A stretch of 60,044 bases of DNA from an uncultured virus (IMG/VR IMGVR_UViG_3300042860_004714). Its lineage: Duplodnaviria; Heunggongvirae; Uroviricota; Caudoviricetes. Positions 53,741-60,044 of this stretch are shown here, piece by piece. The translations under genes were made by a program, and so were the position numbers. The DNA lies in IMG/VR virus record IMGVR_UViG_3300042860_004714, one strand, 5' to 3'. The notes under the pieces were generated by a model. It saw only the letters and a program-made list of their open reading frames with translations. It made no database searches and had not been told where the DNA came from. Numbering within the stretch: position 1 is the first letter of the stretch; every line of letters begins with the position of its first letter.

Positions 53741-55980
53741 AGCCGAAGGACTACTTGTGCGAAGGAGCCATCTCGTCGAACACAACAGTTTGTAGAGATT
53801 TCACGCCTTCTGCCGTCCGTCGAGCAGGAGGAATTTTCACTATCGAGCAGCAGCAAGAGCATCAAGCGGCATGCACGAGGGCTGCGCAAGAGGGTGATCT
53901 CGACACCTACTACACCTTAAACTGCAAGAGACTAGCTCACGTTCAAGTGCCTCTGGGAAGAGAAGCCGCGCGACGCGCAGCTTACGGCCGATCCCCTGTC
54001 TCTATGGCCACTCGCATGGGCTTAGATTCAGTGCCGCCAAAGGCCAGGATGGAGGATCCTGCCTACAATTACGAGCACAGAACGCAAAACAAGCAATCAG
54101 GCAACGCTTCTTTCACCAGAAGAAAGACTTACTCGGCGAACCTGAACCAGATCAAGCAAGTTCTTGGCGCCATCTCTGTGCAAGGAACGTTGACATTCTT
54201 GCGGCCTTTGCCGCCTGAACAGAAAGAAGCGCTGTACAAAGTGAAAGCGCTGTCTGATCCTGATCGGTTCGGAAAGCTAATTAAAGTTCTGAGAGACAGG
54301 AAGTCGTTGACCTTCTTTCCACCGGAGGACGTAAAGCTTAGCCGCGCTCCCGTTCGTGCAAGTAATATCGCCAAAGACCTGTCCATGAAGGTAGCGCTCG
54401 GCTCTCTGTTTCAGTTGGACGGCTCTCTGTTTCAGTTGCAACTGAACAAGAAAATCTCAGAGAGGGCGATAGTTGTTCTCGGAGTGAAGGGGAACTACAT
54501 CGTAAAAAAGCTGGGCATAGGCGACAAATCTGTAGATGTGAAGAACAGCTTTGCCGATGTAATCAAGATGTTGGAAGAGCAGAAATACGACAAGTCTATC
54601 ACTGACCTGCTCCCCTATCGCTTGATTCGCTTGAAGTTCGCTCGACTTTGGGAAGACGGCGCGAGAGGGAAAGCATATGTCGAAGTGGGGCCCAGAGATA
54701 GAGACGGAGAGGGGGATCGCGCCATCTTCGTGAAGCCCGCCAAAATGCAGCACTTGTTTGCGAAGCGGGCGGAAGCGCCGAGCCTCGAAAGAGACTACAG
54801 TCAGCTTCGAGGTCTCACGACCCAGGAGCTGTACCAGTATCTCGTCGGCTACTCTGAGATCGATGAAGGTCAAGTCCCTCGAACTCACAGACGTCGCCGA
54901 GGTCGCTCTCTCCCTCCTCTGAGCTCAGCGCGAGAAAACCCTGTGCCGCTTCCGTCTCTCATCGATGCCAACGCCTACGCGGATCTCGGTCCAGGCGAGT
55001 ATCGTGAGATCGATAACCAGTACAGTGTGTATCGCAGAGACAGAAAGGGCCAGAAAGCGGGCAATTGGAGGCAGCAACTGGTCGTTGTACCGACCGCTCA
55101 GGCAAAGACTTGGCGCGATTTGGCGCAGCGCACAAAAGATCGCTACGACCAAGCACAAACAGAATCTTCCTCTCTCTCACAGGAGAATCCCATGGCCAGC
55201 CGTTTCCGTCACAACCCCGAAGATCCGCTCAACGCGCTGATGGCCGAGTTCGGGCCTGAGGCTCGGCTTGGGCGCTCCCTCTCGAGCGTCTCCCCCGAGT
55301 TCGATGAGGTCTACCCGGCCACGGGTGGCTACGGCCCCTACGGGCTGTCGCAGGCGCCTTACGGCGCTCGCGAGATGCTGCCGACCAACCGCCGCAATCC
55401 CCGCAAGAAGAAGGGTGAGCCCTCTCGCGCGAAGCCGGGCAGCTGGAACGCAGACTTCGTTCTGCTGGCAGAGAGAGCCCGCGAGATTCGCAGAAAAGTC
55501 ATGAAGGACAAAGACGGCCGTCCTTGCTCTCTCGCAGAGGCTTTCAAGATTGCGCGGGAAGAGCTTGGCGGTGATTCCTTCTACACGCCCAAGACCAAGC
55601 GCGTGAAGCCGCCGCAGGCAGCTCCCACTCGCTCCCTTGACTCCGACGGCGCTCCTGACATGGCTGCGAACAACCCGCGTTCCGAGTGGAACGCCAAGTT
55701 CGGCGAGGTTGTCAGAAAGGCGGCTATTGTGCAGCGCGCCCGTGGCTGCACTCTTGAGGAGGCCTTTGATCGCGCTTTCAAGGAGCTCAATAATATCCCC
55801 CGGCGTCATCCGAGAGGGCACTGGGCCAAGAAGGCAAAGAGCAACCCCGACGTGGAGTCGCTCGACGACGATATGATTCGGCTTGCGGCTCCTGAGCTCG
55901 TCGAGCTGTCGAACCGCGGTTACCAGGCAGCTGCGCATGAGCTCGCTCGCCGTGCAGCCAAGAACCCGCGCCATCGCTGA
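53737..55980 (+). CDS. Large hypothetical protein with many NP motifs (probable internal start at 55192)
   Basis: RENP, QENP, RHNP, RRNP, NNP, KSNP, KNP; two WNAxF...CxLxEAF repeats. Confidence 0.82.
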   Translation: MKPKDYLCEGAISSNTTVCRDFTPSAVRRAGGIFTIEQQQEHQAACTRAAQEGDLDTYYTLNCKRLAHVQVPLGREAARRAAYGRSPVSMATRMGLDSVPPKARMEDPAYNYEHRTQNKQSGNASFTRRKTYSANLNQIKQVLGAISVQGTLTFLRPLPPEQKEALYKVKALSDPDRFGKLIKVLRDRKSLTFFPPEDVKLSRAPVRASNIAKDLSMKVALGSLFQLDGSLFQLQLNKKISERAIVVLGVKGNYIVKKLGIGDKSVDVKNSFADVIKMLEEQKYDKSITDLLPYRLIRLKFARLWEDGARGKAYVEVGPRDRDGEGDRAIFVKPAKMQHLFAKRAEAPSLERDYSQLRGLTTQELYQYLVGYSEIDEGQVPRTHRRRRGRSLPPLSSARENPVPLPSLIDANAYADLGPGEYREIDNQYSVYRRDRKGQKAGNWRQQLVVVPTAQAKTWRDLAQRTKDRYDQAQTESSSLSQENPMASRFRHNPEDPLNALMAEFGPEARLGRSLSSVSPEFDEVYPATGGYGPYGLSQAPYGAREMLPTNRRNPRKKKGEPSRAKPGSWNADFVLLAERAREIRRKVMKDKDGRPCSLAEAFKIAREELGGDSFYTPKTKRVKPPQAAPTRSLDSDGAPDMAANNPRSEWNAKFGEVVRKAAIVQRARGCTLEEAFDRAFKELNNIPRRHPRGHWAKKAKSNPDVESLDDDMIRLAAPELVELSNRGYQAAAHELARRAAKNPRHR

Positions 55981-56013
55981 CTTCTAGCCCGACGACCCCG
56001 TTGTCGTCAGGCG

Positions 56014-56048
56014 AAGGGGGGAGGCTAACCTCTCCCCTTTTCCTTTTC
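56014..56048 (+). terminator. Terminator-like hairpin
   Basis: aaggggggagg-ctaa-cctctcccctt followed by ttcctttt. Confidence 0.6.
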
Positions 56049-56058
56049 CGGAGGTCGT

Positions 56059-57561
56059 GTGTCGTCACTTTATTCTTTCGGCGCAAACATTCCGGGCAGC
56101 AGCGGATCTTCTTGCCAAATTGTCGGACCTCTGTCCGGATTTGGCGAGATTGCAACTGAGATTCCGACTCCTACGGCTCAAGTAGACTTTATCTACAGCA
56201 TTAACGCTTACGTCTTAAGATCTGAAAATTACTTGGGTGGTGCGAGCATCAGTCAATCTTCAGGCGAAGCGGTCATTTCTTGTGGAGCTGACGCCAACAG
56301 CTACGCTCGATTGTCTGCCCGACGAGTGCTTCGGTACAGGCCCGGCCAAGGAAGTCTTGTTCGGATGACGGCTCGTTTTGCGGCCGCAGTCGAAAACAAT
56401 AGGCAGTTGATCGGGCCTTACAACGTGCAGTCTGGGTATCAGTTTGGCTACGTGGGCACTGAGTTCGGGATCCTGCACACGTCTTCTGGCGTTATTGAGA
56501 TACAAGCCCTCACTGTAACTGTTGCGCCTGCAGCTCCGGGGAACGTCACCGTAACCCTTGACGGAGGGCCTGCAGTGACTGCAGCTGTCACAGCGTCAGG
56601 CAACACGTCAATTACGGCATTTCAGATCAGCCAGTCAAATTATTCACAGACATCTGGAGGCTGGGACGCAATCTCTATCGGAAATGTAGTTTATTTCGTG
56701 CGGAGAATAGCAGGACCTGCAGGAGCCTCTTCGTTCTCAGCAGGTGCCACAGGAGCGGCCGCTGCATTTTCGACCGTGACAACTGGCGTTGTCGCCACAG
56801 AAACTTTTATCACTCAGTCAACATGGAACACTGATAAGTTCAACGGGTCTGGCCCTACAGGCATTACCCTCGATCCCACCAAGGGCAACGTCTACGCGAT
56901 TCAATTCCAGTATCTGGGGTACGGAGATGCTTTCTTCTACATCGAAGACTCTAATACCGGACGATTTTCCCCTTGCCACATCATACGCAACGCCAACAGC
57001 AGGACAAGTACAGTTCTTAGAAACCCCTCGTGCTACATGACGTGGGAGAGCCGCAACACAGGCAATGCGACAAGCGTAGCTTTTTTTGGGGCGTCCGGTT
57101 CAGCCTTCACGGAAGGGCAAGTGCTTTTCCTCGGGCCGCGATTTGCCACCAACACTATAAAATCTATTTCTTCTGCTGTGCTGACGCCGCTTATTTCGAT
57201 ACGAGCAACTCGAGTTTTTCAGAACCAAGCGTCAAATGTACAGATTAAAATAGATCGAATATCTGTTTCAGCCGACGGAACTAAAACAGTGGCGATGGCT
57301 CTTTACTTGAACGCCACGCTTACTGCGGCTCAGTTTTCGCGCTTCGATTCTTCTCTGTCTGCGGCTGATTTCGACACTTCTGCTTCTGCAGTGACTTCAG
57401 GAATTCTGCTTTACGCTTTCACAGTGGCGAAAGCAGGCAACACGGACCAAGATGTTGTCTCTTTGGACATAGTGCTTAACGCAGGAGACACTTTAACTGT
57501 GACAGCCTTGTCCGCTAACACTTCTGACGTTACTGTCTCCGTAGCATGGGTGGAGAATTAA
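56059..57561 (+). CDS. Beta-rich putative spike/receptor-binding or structural protein
   Basis: Ser/Thr/Ala/Gly-rich; RYRPGQG, QSTWNTDK..GSGP.G.TLDP.KGNVY.IQFQYLGYG pattern reminiscent of viral lectin-like proteins. Confidence 0.65.
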   Translation: MSSLYSFGANIPGSSGSSCQIVGPLSGFGEIATEIPTPTAQVDFIYSINAYVLRSENYLGGASISQSSGEAVISCGADANSYARLSARRVLRYRPGQGSLVRMTARFAAAVENNRQLIGPYNVQSGYQFGYVGTEFGILHTSSGVIEIQALTVTVAPAAPGNVTVTLDGGPAVTAAVTASGNTSITAFQISQSNYSQTSGGWDAISIGNVVYFVRRIAGPAGASSFSAGATGAAAAFSTVTTGVVATETFITQSTWNTDKFNGSGPTGITLDPTKGNVYAIQFQYLGYGDAFFYIEDSNTGRFSPCHIIRNANSRTSTVLRNPSCYMTWESRNTGNATSVAFFGASGSAFTEGQVLFLGPRFATNTIKSISSAVLTPLISIRATRVFQNQASNVQIKIDRISVSADGTKTVAMALYLNATLTAAQFSRFDSSLSAADFDTSASAVTSGILLYAFTVAKAGNTDQDVVSLDIVLNAGDTLTVTALSANTSDVTVSVAWVEN

Positions 57562-57566
57562 ACCGA

Positions 57567-58058
57567 ATGCAAACAGGAGATATCGTGACACTTCCTGTGA
57601 TCTTTCTGGCTATCGGGCTTAGCGTTGTCGTTGGCGGAGCGGGCGGCTTTGCTATAGCAAACAAAGCCTCCAAGTCTGACGAGAACGCCGCCGCAGCCGC
57701 GCAAGCTGCGGCCGATGCTGCCACAGGAGCCGCTACTGCTGTCGCGAGCAACACAACAGCCATTGCAGCTTTGACCGAAGCTGCGCAAAAGCCGCTTACT
57801 CTGGACGCAGAAACTCGATCAAACCTCGCTTCTGATGTGCCCGCAGGTTGCCTTGACGCGGCGGCGAGCTTGACTCCTGCGTGCCTTGTGGCGCAGTGCT
57901 GGCGATTTGGTCAGTCTGCCGCACAGCGGCCCGAAGGCTGCTTAGACCTTCTTCGCGATGCTCGCTTGCAGAGCTGGATCACAGTCTGTGGCAAGGATGA
58001 GGCAGGAAAGCCAGACTGGGATTGCGTAGCTGCTGCGCAAGAGCGGTCTAAACGATAG
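57567..58058 (+). CDS. N-terminally membrane-anchored Cys-containing protein
   Basis: N-terminal TM, Ala-rich helix, six Cys in the C-domain. Confidence 0.7.
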   Translation: MQTGDIVTLPVIFLAIGLSVVVGGAGGFAIANKASKSDENAAAAAQAAADAATGAATAVASNTTAIAALTEAAQKPLTLDAETRSNLASDVPAGCLDAAASLTPACLVAQCWRFGQSAAQRPEGCLDLLRDARLQSWITVCGKDEAGKPDWDCVAAAQERSKR

Positions 58059-58059
58059 C

Positions 58060-58740
58060 TCAGCAGAACAGATTAGCGACGAAGCTGGAGACGAATTCCT
58101 TTGCGGATGGAGTTTCGAGCCATCTCTCCACGTAAGGTTTGTCACTATCAGGATGCTCGAAGCAGGGGTTGTTCGACCTCTGCCACCACAGCAACGTCTC
58201 GTTCGACAAGCGAAAGCCGAACCAAGAGAACACTTCTGCGAGGTGCAGCGCCACGCTCGCTGTTTTCCAGTGAAGACCTGCAACGACAACGCCCGCTCGC
58301 TTTCCTTTGAGCGGGTTGGGCTCGCCGTAAGAAGTGCACCTGTTCTCGAGAGTGTTCATTCTTTCGATGATCTTCTGCAGTAAGGCGGAGTGTGAGCCCC
58401 ATCTCGTCGAGGTTCCCCACACGACCACATCAGCCCATGCTAGCGCGTCGTAGATGACAGGCATCTGATCCACGCCGCCGAACTTTGCTGGGTCTTGCAC
58501 ACTTTCATAGTGAGCCCAGCACCGATACGGCCCTGCCTCCGGGTTGGCGCAGTCTTTCTTCCCGTTGGCGTAACACGAGAGATTCTTTACGATGTGCAGG
58601 TTGTCGGCATTGATGGCGCGAATGTCTGCAAGCGGCTCTCGCCGCTTCATCTCATCTGCTACAGCATTCATCATCGCGACAGACGTTGATTCAGGTGCCG
58701 CGTGAGTCGTGGTGCTGATGAAAAGAATCTTTCGTGTCAT
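58060..58740 (-). CDS. NAD(P)H-dependent FMN reductase / iron-sulfur flavoprotein-like flavodoxin
   Basis: KILFIS, Cys pattern CY...C...C, ADVVVWGTSTRWGSHSALLQKIIERM, LKGKRAGVVV. Confidence 0.82.
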   Translation of the reverse strand: MTRKILFISTTTHAAPESTSVAMMNAVADEMKRREPLADIRAINADNLHIVKNLSCYANGKKDCANPEAGPYRCWAHYESVQDPAKFGGVDQMPVIYDALAWADVVVWGTSTRWGSHSALLQKIIERMNTLENRCTSYGEPNPLKGKRAGVVVAGLHWKTASVALHLAEVFSWFGFRLSNETLLWWQRSNNPCFEHPDSDKPYVERWLETPSAKEFVSSFVANLFC

Positions 58741-59210
58741 GGTTCAGCTCTACCAAAAAGATGTTGCGGAACCGGGATTGGTGTTACCGACGGGTTGCCG
58801 ACAAAAGCTTCAACTTGGATCAATCTTCCAGGAGCGAACTGCCTCAAGTGATTGCATTTTTCGATCGCTTCTGTGTCATCAAACAAGTACCAGTACTTTA
58901 TTCGACCTCTCGGCCACCATCCTCGCGTAGAAAAGAGATCCACAAAGAAGCGCGATAAGCCCGTCGCGCGCAGGGCTTCCTGTGCGTAGACTGGATCGGC
59001 CGCAGTGAACACGTACAGCGGATGCCCTGCTCCGCACAATCTCTCGAGAAGTTGCTCGATTCCAGGTCGAGTGAAGACAGAGAAGGTGTGTCCGACTGTG
59101 TGGATCGTCTTTGCGGAAGGCGAGAGAACTGGCGGCGCGGCATGAAGAAGCGTCTCATCCATGTCGAAAAAGATGGTTGGCTTGTCGTTCACTGGGAGAG
59201 CCTGTGTCAT
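58737..59210 (-). CDS. HAD phosphatase, NIF/FCP1-like
   Basis: FFDMDETLLH, RPGIEQLL, VFTAA..YA, LFDD. Confidence 0.82.
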   Translation of the reverse strand: MTQALPVNDKPTIFFDMDETLLHAAPPVLSPSAKTIHTVGHTFSVFTRPGIEQLLERLCGAGHPLYVFTAADPVYAQEALRATGLSRFFVDLFSTRGWWPRGRIKYWYLFDDTEAIEKCNHLRQFAPGRLIQVEAFVGNPSVTPIPVPQHLFGRAEP

Positions 59211-59752
59211 GCGGAAGGGTAGTCTACAAGCACTAACTTGTTGTCTATCATCCCCCAGTTTTCGCGCTCGTGGATATCTTCGATGTCGTGTTCTCTTCTG
59301 TTGTACATGTCGCTGAATTGTAGCCAACGTCTATCCCACTCTTCCGCGACATCTCCTCTCAGTCTTTTCCCCAACGGCTGCGCTTTCCTCATCACTACAT
59401 ATTCTGCGCTCCCAGCTATGATAGGAGCGAGAAAGTCCCCCACTGGCGTATTCTCATACTCTTTCCAGGCAATAACTTCATTCTCGTTGGCCGTGTTGCC
59501 GTCTCTGTTGATGGGCAGCTTGAGCACGAAGCCGTTTTTGAGGTCAAACACAGCGCGATAGTTACCCACGCCCAACAACGTCGTGTTTGTGTTGCGCTCC
59601 CACCACATTTTCATGTCTTCGGAAAAAAGTAGTGGGTATTGGGAAAAGTCTATATCCCACACCTCGTTGAGCTCGATGCTGTGGCCTGTTGCGCGCTCGT
59701 ACCACTGGCGAAGAAATTGAGGGTAAAGCTCGATCGCACGTTGAACAGTCAT
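59207..59752 (-). CDS. Minimal protein kinase-like protein
   Basis: LGVGNYRAVF, VLKLP, NENE, DIHERENWG, LVLVDY. Confidence 0.75.
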   Translation of the reverse strand: MTVQRAIELYPQFLRQWYERATGHSIELNEVWDIDFSQYPLLFSEDMKMWWERNTNTTLLGVGNYRAVFDLKNGFVLKLPINRDGNTANENEVIAWKEYENTPVGDFLAPIIAGSAEYVVMRKAQPLGKRLRGDVAEEWDRRWLQFSDMYNRREHDIEDIHERENWGMIDNKLVLVDYPSA

Positions 59753-59814
59753 GCTGGGCCTCGAAGACGGATAGCTTCTGCAGCTACGGGTGCTTGAGAG
59801 GCACGAACTGCGTC

Positions 59815-60044
59815 TCAGTGCAGGGCAAGTCTAACCATACAGTCCAGATGAAGTCGAGCGTAGGAGACTTGCCGCGTTCTTTGCAAAAAGACGGGCGCCA
59901 CGCTCGCTGTTTTCCAGTGAAGACCTGCAACGACAACGCCCGCGCGCTTTCCTTTAAGGGGGTTGGGCTCTCCATAAGAGACACACCTATTCTCCAATGT
60001 GTTCATTCTCTCAATAATCTTTTGCAACAAAGCCGAATGAGAGC
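59815..60044 (-). pseudogene. Truncated second copy of the flavodoxin gene (5' part runs off the window)
   Basis: SHSALLQKIIERMNTLENRC.SYGEPNPLKGKRAGVVVAGLHWKTASVA matches 58060-58740 except one residue, then diverges abruptly. Confidence 0.75.

Larger units (their letters stand above)
58248..59943. repeat. 49-bp perfect direct repeats (58248-58296 and 59895-59943)
   Basis: gcgccacgctcgctgttttccagtgaagacctgcaacgacaacgcccgc at both sites. Confidence 0.9.
1..60044. mobile_element. Segment of a large bacterial virus/provirus-like genome, probably tailless and membrane-containing
   Basis: No housekeeping genes. Phage-type accessory genes (DUF932-like, gp88-like, DenV-like, GH24 lysozyme, MTases, HNH, SNF2, tyrosine recombinase), many membrane-anchored and beta-rich hypothetical proteins, SD sites and coupled stop/start overlaps. 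Element ends are not visible. Confidence 0.8.

Noticed and set aside
1..60044. Eukaryotic giant virus (NCLDV) origin
   Set aside because: SD sequences, translational coupling, intrinsic terminators, RHH regulators and a GH24 lysozyme indicate a bacterial host.

Overview
This window reads as about 60 kb of a large bacterial virus or virus-like element, not host chromosome. Genes are densely packed, mostly on the + strand, with Shine-Dalgarno sites and ATGA/TGATG overlaps, and no housekeeping genes. The left end (1-7.5 kb) has early/accessory genes: a MoxR-type AAA ATPase, a metallopeptidase-VWA partner, and DUF932-like, gp88-like and pyrimidine-dimer glycosylase-like genes. The centre (7.6-45.6 kb) looks like a virion module of a tailless, membrane-containing virus. 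It holds about 15 proteins with C-terminal membrane anchors, a transglutaminase-like Cys protease, a long coiled-coil protein, a beta-rich major capsid candidate (30364-31053) and several small beta-rich proteins. Many otherwise unrelated proteins share short motifs (xxN-P/G such as ALENG, RRNP, RHNP; N-terminal F[QR]PS...[YF]G[AD]), which I infer may be a maturation or packaging code. An AT-richer methyltransferase-NUMOD4-HNH fusion gene interrupts the capsid cluster. The right part has five tandem pentapeptide-repeat paralogs beside a tyrosine recombinase, a membrane-anchored GH24 lysozyme, an adenine methyltransferase, a SNF2 helicase, and a kinase/phosphatase/flavoprotein cassette bounded by 49-bp direct repeats. 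I recognised no terminase, portal, tail, packaging ATPase, polymerase, tRNA, rRNA or CRISPR array. All family calls are by-eye motif recognition without database searches.
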